Shown here one piece after another: positions 20,029 through 28,462 of a DNA stretch of 64,000 bases. The position numbers and the translations under genes are program-made. Under the pieces are notes generated by a model. It was not told the DNA's origin. It saw only the letters and a list, made by a program, of their open reading frames with translations, and made no database searches. This DNA comes from a virus, in the IMG/VR virus record IMGVR_UViG_3300035698_004757, positions 33,673 to 97,672 of that record. One strand, given 5' to 3'. The stretch's first letter is position 1. Each line of letters starts with the position of its first letter.

Positions 20029-23000
20029 ATGGCTGAGACGTCGCCCGACTACTCTGTACTTCCTCACGTGTCGATTGGTGGTGTGCCCCCGATCGGCGGG
20101 TATGACATTGACGCCAATGACTTGCCCGCGCTCCGCGCTATCAAGGTGACCAACCTTGTCGGCCCGGGTGCTGCGAACATGCAGCCGAACGCGCTGCACA
20201 AACGCGACCTATTCATACTCGACCGTCTCATGTCTCTGGTCGCGAACATGAACGCGCTAACCGGCAAGGATTCAACCGGGCAGGACATCACCGGTGACGG
20301 TTTGCCCGTGTACCTATCGCGCTTCGGCGAGTTGCCCATGCAGGCCGATTTGAAGATGGGTGATAACAAGATCACCGGACTCAAGGCAGCTACGGCGGGG
20401 TCCGATGCTGTGCGACTCGATCAGTTGACCGGCGTGGACACGAGCAACTTCCTACTGCGCACGGGTGCCAACACATGGACCGGCCCGGCTCCGTTGAAGA
20501 TGTCCCCTGACAATGGGACTACTCGGTTTCAGATCAAAGAGGGTGCGGCAGGCACAGACCCAACTGACTTTGTTGTTTTGTCCCAGCTTCAAGACGTGGC
20601 AGTAGAAGGCGGTGTGGGGGGCATGCTGGTGGACTACCGCACGGGGCGCGTGGAGAATCCGCAGGACGTGGGCGATGCGGTAAACGACCCTGCTATTACA
20701 TTCGTTTTGGACAACCCTTACGCAACTGTGTACGCATTCGATGCCACGTTCTTTGTGACTGATACTGGCGGTTCTTTTGCACACACATTTTTGGACTTCA
20801 AGTACGACGTGGCGACGCGGCAGATGACCGGCGGGCTGCTGTACACCGGCAACAACCTGTCACATGACCCTACGGGTTCATTTGACGTGACCATCCCCGA
20901 GAACGGAACACTGACAGATGTCATCACATTGCTGAGCAACGACAATGGTGGGTCAGCCGGATCACCTAACTACGTGATTATCCGTGCCGCGTACATCACC
21001 TCGTCTGGTGCGCCGTCACAGCTTGTCATCAACATCTTCTTCTCAAACAACGGGACTACGGCGTTTCACCATCGCGCAGGAACATGGCGCGCATTAGGCT
21101 TCAACGGTTTTGGCGGCGTGGGTCAACCAACCCAAGCAGGCACCACATACATCCCTGTGACCGCACATTCAAGTGGCGTGGCGCTGCGACAGTATTCCGA
21201 CGCCGCTGGTAACCATGACTTTAGCTATGCGCTCGACGGATTCCCGGGCGTGGACAAGGACCGCATCATTGGCGCGTTTGTGCGTGTGTGGGTGCAGGGC
21301 CGCAACGGTAAGTATTCACGTTTGCTCGCCCGCGTCGGTAACGACGCGGGTGCGTTCACAACCATCTTTTCGTCAGAGGGTGCCAATAATGGCGACGATT
21401 GCGGCAGTGAGTCGCTTGTGTTGGTGCCGATCAATCGGCAACAGTCGTTGCTTGATTTTCGCTTATCTCTTGAAACCACCAGTACAGGTGGCGACGTGGA
21501 TGCGAGAACCGCGACGCAGGCTGTGGACTACACCATCGAAGGCTTCCTTGTCACGGCGACGCCGCAGTCGGGTGGGTCAGGTGGCTCGGGCGGTTCTGGT
21601 GGCGGGGGCTTGGTGTACCGCAGTCCGTGGACGCCAGTTGACGCCACGGTCGCAGCGCAACGGGTGCAGACCTTCGCACACAACCTTGGCATCATCCCCG
21701 ACTTCATTTCGGTGTACTTTCGTTACGAGACCTCACCCGGCGTGTATAACGTCGTGCAGTTGCAGCGCACCGAAGGCGACGCGGGTGACGACGAGAATGT
21801 GTCTGTAACCAGCATCGACACAGCAGCCCTAACGGCGCAGATTGCGCCCGCAGGCTTTAGCTTTACCGACGCCAACGTGAACCCGGGGTACGAGACTTCG
21901 CTAACCGCCGGTGAGATTCAAGTCGTGGCCGGTGCAATTGTCCCCAGCGCGTCCGCCGGGCTTGGCGCACAGTTGTACGCGGCACCGGTGTTCATCGGTG
22001 GCGACAGTGACGACAACTATTGGCAGCAGTACACATCACCATCGGACTACCACGTGGTTGACACGGTGCGACCTAATGGCATTGCACTGTTGCAAGTTGA
22101 CCTGTTCAGCGCAGGTCCGGATGTGCAAGTGTACGATGCTGCGCATCCGCGTTATTACCTTGACGGTGCTGCGGGGTTCTCCCGCGAGTTGGTAGTCTCC
22201 GCAGTCTCCTTCGGCGACGGTGTGGGCCAGTCAACGCAGGCCATCGCAAAATTAGACGACGGGGGTGGCTTGACCTTCCGTGTGGACGGCACCCCTGCTG
22301 GCAGCTTCCGGTACCGCATCCAACACCTCGGTTGGGTGACAGAGGGTGCCGATCCGATTGCGCCTTCCACGGCCCCGCTAATGTTTGCAGACTACCAGCA
22401 TGGCTCGTTCGGGCATGACGACACAGTGCCGTTCACGCTGAATCTTGGCGACGCGGACACTTACATTATCAATGGCGCGTTTGGTATGTGGGGTGTGTCG
22501 GCATCCAGTGAAGAAGATCACGCAAGCATCCAGTTGCGATACGATGCCGCGACACGTCAATTGACTGGCGAACTGCTGTACGTGCCCGGTACCAATGTGG
22601 ACGCAGCGACGGTTGCCGATGTCATTCTCCCCACCAATGGCGACGTGACGTTGTGCGCACTGCATGGCGGTGGGTCTGCCACGAAGGGTGTGCGATTGCG
22701 TGCTGCGTATGTGACAGGCGACCCCAACACGCTCAAGGTCTACGTTAATTACTTCGATACCGCGATCAACGGCAACGACTCGGTCACCGGCCGGGGCATG
22801 GCGGGTCGCTGGTCGGCCGTGGGTTACTTGCAAGATGTGACGGCTGCGCTGGGCACCAACGAGCAAGGCACGCTTCTGTACCAGACAGGTGACACGGGTG
22901 CGGCGGGCGTCAATCAGAACATTTATGACACGTGGGTGGCAGTGGATGCGTCGGCCAAGATCGTCGGCACGGCTAAACGACTACTGGTGTGGGTGGACGC

Positions 23001-23313
23001 GACGGAGGCCGCCGTGCGCATCCGCGATCAGAAATTGCGCACGACCCCGCTTAAAGCGGTGGCGTCGTTTGAAGCGGACCACCTCGGCCGGACGCCCGGG
23101 TCAACGTCACCATCCACGGTGCAAACTGAATTGGACATGTACGCCGCAGGGTACGGCCGCGAGAGGGAAGTGGTCACGGCCGGGATCAATGTGCGCGATG
23201 CGGCTGTGGTTGAAGTCGAGCCGGACAGCGACGGCAAGTTCCGTGTGCGGGTGTCGCGCACTGACCCGACTGCATATTCCGCTCGCCTGTGGCTGCTTGA
23301 CGTTATTGATTAA
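20029..23313 (+). CDS. Tail fibre / receptor-binding protein
   Basis: Fibre repeats (MGDNKITGLKAATAGSDAVRLDQL), FAHNLGIIP domain, Gly linker and a duplicated distal domain. Start taken as ATG 20029. Confidence 0.75.
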   Translation: MAETSPDYSVLPHVSIGGVPPIGGYDIDANDLPALRAIKVTNLVGPGAANMQPNALHKRDLFILDRLMSLVANMNALTGKDSTGQDITGDGLPVYLSRFGELPMQADLKMGDNKITGLKAATAGSDAVRLDQLTGVDTSNFLLRTGANTWTGPAPLKMSPDNGTTRFQIKEGAAGTDPTDFVVLSQLQDVAVEGGVGGMLVDYRTGRVENPQDVGDAVNDPAITFVLDNPYATVYAFDATFFVTDTGGSFAHTFLDFKYDVATRQMTGGLLYTGNNLSHDPTGSFDVTIPENGTLTDVITLLSNDNGGSAGSPNYVIIRAAYITSSGAPSQLVINIFFSNNGTTAFHHRAGTWRALGFNGFGGVGQPTQAGTTYIPVTAHSSGVALRQYSDAAGNHDFSYALDGFPGVDKDRIIGAFVRVWVQGRNGKYSRLLARVGNDAGAFTTIFSSEGANNGDDCGSESLVLVPINRQQSLLDFRLSLETTSTGGDVDARTATQAVDYTIEGFLVTATPQSGGSGGSGGSGGGGLVYRSPWTPVDATVAAQRVQTFAHNLGIIPDFISVYFRYETSPGVYNVVQLQRTEGDAGDDENVSVTSIDTAALTAQIAPAGFSFTDANVNPGYETSLTAGEIQVVAGAIVPSASAGLGAQLYAAPVFIGGDSDDNYWQQYTSPSDYHVVDTVRPNGIALLQVDLFSAGPDVQVYDAAHPRYYLDGAAGFSRELVVSAVSFGDGVGQSTQAIAKLDDGGGLTFRVDGTPAGSFRYRIQHLGWVTEGADPIAPSTAPLMFADYQHGSFGHDDTVPFTLNLGDADTYIINGAFGMWGVSASSEEDHASIQLRYDAATRQLTGELLYVPGTNVDAATVADVILPTNGDVTLCALHGGGSATKGVRLRAAYVTGDPNTLKVYVNYFDTAINGNDSVTGRGMAGRWSAVGYLQDVTAALGTNEQGTLLYQTGDTGAAGVNQNIYDTWVAVDASAKIVGTAKRLLVWVDATEAAVRIRDQKLRTTPLKAVASFEADHLGRTPGSTSPSTVQTELDMYAAGYGREREVVTAGINVRDAAVVEVEPDSDGKFRVRVSRTDPTAYSARLWLLDVID

Positions 23314-23323
23314 GGACTACGCG

Positions 23324-23950
23324 ATGCCCGAAGCAACGAAGACTGTGATTGTGAACTTGGACGCCGACCGCCATATCTATTTGGAGGTGTTTGAGGGTGA
23401 GGACTTGCAGACGCCCTTGCAACTCAACAAGGGTCACGTCGCGTGGGACTTATCCGATGCGACAGAGGTTCACGTCGAATACTCGTATCGCGACACATTC
23501 GTGTGGGAGGAAGTTTGGACGGCGCAGCGCACCGGCGAGGATTGGGCGACTGGGCTTTTGCTGCTCAATACACCCGCTCAAGTAACGGGACAAGCTGCGG
23601 GCACCTTCCGCGTCACAATGGCCGTCAGCTTCCCTAATGCTTTGGAGGTCATCATCGACCCCAGCTTTGTCGAGGTTCACCCTCAGCGGGGCTACACCGC
23701 TCGCAAGCTGGCTACCCATGTGGACGTGCCTGTGGACGTGTCAGGGGCACCTACGGCTGCACAGGCGATTGAAGGTGGCGTGGTGTCAACCGTGGCAATG
23801 GGTGGCCGGATTGAAGACCTCGGTGACATTATCGACGGCGGTGTGGTTGTTGCACACGCTACGGGCGGTACAATGCCCGTGACGCGAAAAGTTGCGGGGC
23901 AAGTCGTGGTGACGCCTACTGTGGGTGGCCAACTGCCGCGTAACATTTGA
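23324..23950 (+). CDS. Hypothetical structural protein (BppU-like N-terminus?) with GG repeats
   Basis: RBS AAGGACTAC before ATG 23324; C-terminal repeats resemble those of the 16284 protein. Confidence 0.55.
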   Translation: MPEATKTVIVNLDADRHIYLEVFEGEDLQTPLQLNKGHVAWDLSDATEVHVEYSYRDTFVWEEVWTAQRTGEDWATGLLLLNTPAQVTGQAAGTFRVTMAVSFPNALEVIIDPSFVEVHPQRGYTARKLATHVDVPVDVSGAPTAAQAIEGGVVSTVAMGGRIEDLGDIIDGGVVVAHATGGTMPVTRKVAGQVVVTPTVGGQLPRNI

Positions 23951-23961
23951 CGCAGCGTCAA
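23947..23961. repeat. 15-bp palindrome overlapping a TGA stop
   Basis: Exact copy. Confidence 0.95.
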
Positions 23962-23989
23962 AACCAAGTCCCCTGAAAGGAGACTACCC

Positions 23990-24670
23990 ATGCTTATGCT
24001 TGCGATGTTTAACCTATTCCTATTGGCGCAGGATGTCGCGCCTGCTGCTGCGGCCGCACCCGCAGTGGACCCCACCATGCCCATATGGTTGCAAGGCTTG
24101 CTTGGCCTTATTTCAACCGTCATCACGCTCGCGCTGATCCCTTACCTGACTCGCAAGGCCAACGAAGCCGAAGCCGAGATGGAGCGGGCACAGGCGGAGA
24201 CCACCAACGCCAACGTGACGACCCAAAGCATCATCATCCAACGGCTCAAAGCGTTCATCTATCGCGTCGTCGCCGATGTGATGGAACGCGAGTTTATGCG
24301 TGTCGTCGAAGCCATCGCACGCGGTGAGTTGCGAACAACCGAACAGATAAAAACTGAGTTGTCGCGGTTACATGCCATTGTGCGTGATCGCGCTATCGCT
24401 CACTTCGACGGGCAAGGCATCAACATCATTGCCGCCGCCGGTGACGAATTACTGGACAGCTTCATTGAGTCTGCCGTTAACAAGTTCAGCCCCTTCCCCG
24501 GAAGCGACACTGCAAAAACCTTGCTCACTGAACATGTGTCGAATTGGCTTGTGAACAAAGGTGTGGACTACGCACGTAATCGGTGGATCACTGGGCAGGG
24601 GCAGGAATCTGTTGCAGCGCACGCTGCTGCAACAGGCCCGGTTACGACGGGTGAACCTCAGCCGGAGTAA
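23990..24670 (+). CDS. Membrane protein, possible holin
   Basis: N-terminal hydrophobic segments followed by a coiled region; located after the tail genes. Confidence 0.45.
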   Translation: MLMLAMFNLFLLAQDVAPAAAAAPAVDPTMPIWLQGLLGLISTVITLALIPYLTRKANEAEAEMERAQAETTNANVTTQSIIIQRLKAFIYRVVADVMEREFMRVVEAIARGELRTTEQIKTELSRLHAIVRDRAIAHFDGQGINIIAAAGDELLDSFIESAVNKFSPFPGSDTAKTLLTEHVSNWLVNKGVDYARNRWITGQGQESVAAHAAATGPVTTGEPQPE

Positions 24671-24673
24671 GGC

Positions 24674-25213
24674 ATGGCGGGTACCAAGCGCAATCTGGTA
24701 TTCACCGCCGTGGTGGGCATTATCACGGCGGTGTTGGGCGGCATCGCAGTGCAGGCTGTGTTGTCAGTGGTGCGGTCGTACAGGGAGAACGCAACCAAGG
24801 TCATAGGTTTGGATTCATCCGTGACGGCAGCGTTCGGTGAGATGCAGACTATTGACCAACGATCGCAGGCCACACACACCCGGTCGATCGAGACGGCAGC
24901 CAAGATCGACGTGTTGCTCCGTTTGTTGGACAAGGGCTACTTACACGTACCTAACATCGACGGTCCGGGCAGTAAAAGCCCTGAGTTGGGGGGCGCACAG
25001 GTGCCAGACGGCACATCCGGGCACGCAGGTAGCCCTCCTGACGCCCCGCCTGCTGATCCGGTACGGACACCGTCGCCGAAGCCTGCACCGCCAGAGCGGC
25101 GTACAGAGGCTCCTACGATCATCCTCCCCGTACCGCCGATGCAGCAACAAGCCCCCATCGACCCGGACCTGTACCGGCAGCAGATTGAAATCAAGCGCGG
25201 ATCGAAGAAGTAA
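24674..25213 (+). CDS. Single-pass membrane protein with Pro-rich tail
   Basis: TM segment LVFTAVVGIITAVLGGIAVQAVL. Confidence 0.5.
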   Translation: MAGTKRNLVFTAVVGIITAVLGGIAVQAVLSVVRSYRENATKVIGLDSSVTAAFGEMQTIDQRSQATHTRSIETAAKIDVLLRLLDKGYLHVPNIDGPGSKSPELGGAQVPDGTSGHAGSPPDAPPADPVRTPSPKPAPPERRTEAPTIILPVPPMQQQAPIDPDLYRQQIEIKRGSKK

Positions 25214-25235
25214 CAACCCCGAAAGGACTACCACC

Positions 25236-26123
25236 ATGTGGCTATCAGGTATCATCCAAGGTCTCCTTACTGCCTTGCTCAAGTATTGGGACTCAACCAA
25301 CAAGCAGAAGACGGCGCAAGCCAACGAATACCGCGCGATCGGCCGCGAGGCCCAACTCGAAAGCGTCAAGACCAACACACAAGTACAGGCCCGCATCAAA
25401 GCGGCCGTGGAGGCACCACGTCCGCCGATACGCACGGCTGCGCAGTGGAATGCTGCGGGCATGTTGCTGCTGGTGTGCATGCTGTCACTTACGGGATGCG
25501 GGGCATGGACCAAAGTGGTTTATGCGACGCACCCCATGCCATACATTGCGATGCCGGAACGTCCGGTACTCGACGAACAAGCACCGCCCATGACGGCCAA
25601 CGGCCAGCGGGTCATGGACTACGCGATGCAATTAGAAGCGGGCATCAATGCCTACAACAAGGAAGCGAACAAACACAATGTCCTGTACAGCTACGAAGAC
25701 GCAGATATCCGAAACGATCCGGCAGACGACCAAGGGCCGCCTACTGGGCCTGTGGAAAGTATTGAACGACCTGCGGACCCAGTCGGTTCCAGCGCCATTC
25801 GCACTACTGATCCTCAAGAACTTTGCGCTGATTCAGGGGCAAGTTCTGCCGCACGTGCAAGAGGTCGAAGCCCCCGCAAACATATGCGATTATGTCGCGG
25901 GGCTACATCAGGTACAGGTCAAGAGCGCTGGCGACGACCGCGAGGCGAACATTGCGACGTACCAACAGGCGCACCCGGAAGAACACGCGATGCACGTGGC
26001 GCACTTGAGCAAGATCGAAACATTGTTGGCCGAAGCGATCGACGTAACGACGCACACGATGCCGCTGGAAGCATTCCCGGATATGTCGCCGGAACAACTC
26101 AACCGCTTGCTGCTGTTGGTTGA
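25236..26123 (+). CDS. Spanin-like protein (N-terminal anchor plus internal lipobox); 3' extent uncertain
   Basis: RBS AAGGACTAC; MWLSGIIQGLLTALL anchor, coiled coil, then MLLLVCMLSLTG-C and the Pro-rich MPERPVL. The 3' 450 nt overlap the next ORF. Confidence 0.45.
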   Translation: MWLSGIIQGLLTALLKYWDSTNKQKTAQANEYRAIGREAQLESVKTNTQVQARIKAAVEAPRPPIRTAAQWNAAGMLLLVCMLSLTGCGAWTKVVYATHPMPYIAMPERPVLDEQAPPMTANGQRVMDYAMQLEAGINAYNKEANKHNVLYSYEDADIRNDPADDQGPPTGPVESIERPADPVGSSAIRTTDPQELCADSGASSAARARGRSPRKHMRLCRGATSGTGQERWRRPRGEHCDVPTGAPGRTRDARGALEQDRNIVGRSDRRNDAHDAAGSIPGYVAGTTQPLAAVG

Positions 26124-26160
26124 CGACGAACCTAAGAAAGCCGATCCAACCGAAGGGTGA
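25678..26160 (+). CDS. Hypothetical protein
   Basis: Protein-like composition; ends just before a terminator. Confidence 0.55.
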   Translation: MSCTATKTQISETIRQTTKGRLLGLWKVLNDLRTQSVPAPFALLILKNFALIQGQVLPHVQEVEAPANICDYVAGLHQVQVKSAGDDREANIATYQQAHPEEHAMHVAHLSKIETLLAEAIDVTTHTMPLEAFPDMSPEQLNRLLLLVDDEPKKADPTEG

Positions 26161-26185
26161 CTACCCCCGCTTGGCTTCCTTTCCC

Positions 26186-26231
26186 TACCCGGCACCCCCT
26201 ATGGTCCACACCACGGGTGCCGGGTATTTTT
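26186..26231 (+). terminator. Intrinsic terminator ending the tail operon
   Basis: TACCCGGCACCC / GGGTGCCGGGTA stem plus T-run. Confidence 0.7.
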
Positions 26232-26293
26232 ATGCGCGTCACGGCCGGGTGGGGGCATAATCATTGTTTTTCGTATAATCCGGGATATGCCGC

Positions 26294-26321
26294 TTGACAC
26301 GGGGAAGCGGCGCGGTATCAT
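26294..26321 (+). promoter_or_regulatory. Sigma70-type promoter
   Basis: TTGACA-N16-TATCAT upstream of the 26370 ORF. Confidence 0.7.
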
Positions 26322-26369
26322 GCACGGGTCAAGCGGAAGAATCGAACCCTCAGATAAGGACACACAACA

Positions 26370-27137
26370 ATGGCAACTTTCACACCTTTCGGTCTGGTGG
26401 AACTTCGCGACCTGCTCAAACAATCAAAAGGTTGGTTTGAAGCTGACGCAAGTACAATCCCCGCAAACACAGGTGAGGTGGTGCTGGACTTCTGGCCCGG
26501 TTCATTCAAAGCTGCGGGTCGCAATATCGTTATCCGTGTGTACACGCGTATCGACCCGAATACCGGGCAGGTGCGGACCTGTGGCGCTGACGCAATCCGG
26601 GTGTGCGCTGTGGACCTCGACCATAACAAGGGGTACATCAAGGCGCGCCGCGTGCATCGTGTAAAGGGCTGGCGTGATAATATGACAAATCGCATCATGG
26701 ACGTTGTGCAAGCGGCGCTCGATCGCTGCGCAAGAGAGGCAAGCACGACTACTGTGGCACCGGCCCCGCTGAAACCTGCGCACCCCACAATCCCGGCCGA
26801 CTGCAAGACGAAGAAGTCCAAGCTGGCGTGGCTTCGCGATCAGTGCAGCGCGGACGATGCGGTGGCGCTGGCCGTCGTGCAAACCATATTCAATTTCCAG
26901 ACCGTGTATGAGCAAGACGCGGGTACGACGGTCGAAGATAACGGTGTTGGGTTCTCGGGCATCGACGCGGAACTGCTGACCAGTTTTGTGCAGCAGTTTG
27001 AGGCGCGTCACGGGCTGTCGCCGAAACAACTCGTGCTGCTGCGGGCCAAGGCCGCGAAGTACGCGAAGCAATACCTGACGGTCACCGGGAAGTTTGACGC
27101 TGCGTCAATTTTCGCTGTGCAAGAGGTGGCGAGATGA
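26370..27137 (+). CDS. Hypothetical protein (early gene)
   Basis: RBS AAGGA and own promoter; C-terminal QT..EQ...T.EDNGVGFSGIDA motif seen in phage hypothetical proteins. Confidence 0.7.
   Translation: MATFTPFGLVELRDLLKQSKGWFEADASTIPANTGEVVLDFWPGSFKAAGRNIVIRVYTRIDPNTGQVRTCGADAIRVCAVDLDHNKGYIKARRVHRVKGWRDNMTNRIMDVVQAALDRCAREASTTTVAPAPLKPAHPTIPADCKTKKSKLAWLRDQCSADDAVALAVVQTIFNFQTVYEQDAGTTVEDNGVGFSGIDAELLTSFVQQFEARHGLSPKQLVLLRAKAAKYAKQYLTVTGKFDAASIFAVQEVAR
27094..27108. repeat. 15-bp palindrome inside an ORF
   Basis: Exact copy; encodes FDAASI. Confidence 0.95.
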
Positions 27138-27436
27138 AGTGCCTTGACCAACTAGAACAACGTGTAACGGAATTGGGCGGCTCGATGGATCGGCAAGGGC
27201 TACCGGGCTTCGTTAACCTCGACGCGCCGGACGGCAAGGTGTGGGGTTGCAGCTTCATACAGTCGTTGTGTGTCAACGGTGCGAGCTATGACGAGACTTG
27301 GTGGGTCGAAGCGTGCAAGGATGCCCGCGAGAGGTTGGCATACGGCGTGTGCGACGATCCGGACCCCGAACTATCGGCTCATGGCCGAGGCACCTGCGAT
27401 ACCGCAACGTGCCAGCATTGCAAAGGGTGTGCATGA
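27134..27436 (+). CDS. Hypothetical Cys-containing protein
   Basis: ATGA overlap; RBS GAGGTGG. Confidence 0.6.
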   Translation: MKCLDQLEQRVTELGGSMDRQGLPGFVNLDAPDGKVWGCSFIQSLCVNGASYDETWWVEACKDARERLAYGVCDDPDPELSAHGRGTCDTATCQHCKGCA

Positions 27437-27702
27437 TGGCTAAACCGACTACGGGCGAAAAATACTTTGCGACGCCGCACCGCATCAACGTCCGGGGCGC
27501 GGACGACACGGTGACGATCGACTTAAAAGGACCGAAGTGGGAATGCAAAGTGGTGCTGCCCGCACGGGAACTAATGGGGTGCCTCGACTTGCACGAATAC
27601 CTTGTAACGGCTGCAAAGGCTGTGGGTTTTACAAGACCGAAAATGGTTGCCGCAAGCATTACCCAGCTTGTGGCCGAGATGGTGTGGAGCGAGAAATTAT
27701 GA
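27433..27702 (+). CDS. Hypothetical protein
   Basis: ATGA coupling on both sides. Confidence 0.55.
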   Translation: MMAKPTTGEKYFATPHRINVRGADDTVTIDLKGPKWECKVVLPARELMGCLDLHEYLVTAAKAVGFTRPKMVAASITQLVAEMVWSEKL

Positions 27703-27965
27703 GTGACCAAGAAGACGGACTACAAACCCTGACCGATACGGTTGAAGCGGCGCGCGAACTGGCCGAGGAACTGGGCGTGCCGATACCGGTGGCATGGAGC
27801 CAGCCTGAGTACCGCGCTGTGATGGACGCGATCCACATGGGCGTCGGCACAGGGGCACTGCGTGACAGCACGGAAACTATGGCGGAGCAAGCGCTGCGCA
27901 AGATCGGTGTGGACAAGGCCGACTTGGAATTGATTTTTGGTGCCGAGTTCGACCCGGACGCATGA
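27699..27965 (+). CDS. Hypothetical acidic protein
   Basis: ATGA coupling; followed by a hairpin. Confidence 0.55.
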   Translation: MSDQEDGLQTLTDTVEAARELAEELGVPIPVAWSQPEYRAVMDAIHMGVGTGALRDSTETMAEQALRKIGVDKADLELIFGAEFDPDA

Positions 27966-27981
27966 CTAAGCCTTATCCCCG

Positions 27982-28030
27982 GTCAGGTGGGACCGCTTGA
28001 CAACGCCCCACCTGACTTGGGTTTTTACTT
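27982..28030 (+). terminator. Probable intrinsic terminator
   Basis: GTCAGGTGGG / CCCACCTGAC stem plus T-rich tail. Confidence 0.55.
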
Positions 28031-28043
28031 TGCGAGGTGACTG

Positions 28044-28364
28044 ATGTTAATTGACGATTTTATGCGGGGCGTTGCCGTACTGCGGCGATCGAGTGGGCCG
28101 CAGGGGTTCTCCGTGAACCACAACCGACTTGACGACGCGACACAGGGGCAGTGGTTCAAGCCGCGACGCGAAGGCCAAGGCATAGGGTCGCAGGTCTACC
28201 TCGATTGCGAGCCTCCGACGACGTTTGATCGCCCCGACATTCACACGGCTGCGGCAAACGGTGAACTGCGAATGCGCGACTATCTGCCGGGCACGAACAC
28301 AGGTCAGTACGACGAACTTTTGGCGGCAACACAAGACGGGGTGCCGGGTATTGCACCAAATTGA
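28044..28364 (+). CDS. Hypothetical protein
   Basis: RBS GAGGTG. Confidence 0.5.
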   Translation: MLIDDFMRGVAVLRRSSGPQGFSVNHNRLDDATQGQWFKPRREGQGIGSQVYLDCEPPTTFDRPDIHTAAANGELRMRDYLPGTNTGQYDELLAATQDGVPGIAPN

Positions 28365-28462
28365 CACACAAGCGTATTTACCGTACAGTACGCAAACTTA
28401 ATTACACGCTCGGGAACCCCCACCAACGCAATGTTGTGGGCACCCGTAAAAAGGACAATCCG

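Noticed and set aside
1-24000. Interpretation as an extracellular contractile injection system or tailocin
   Set aside because: Terminase, portal and a full replisome are contiguous, so this is a phage.
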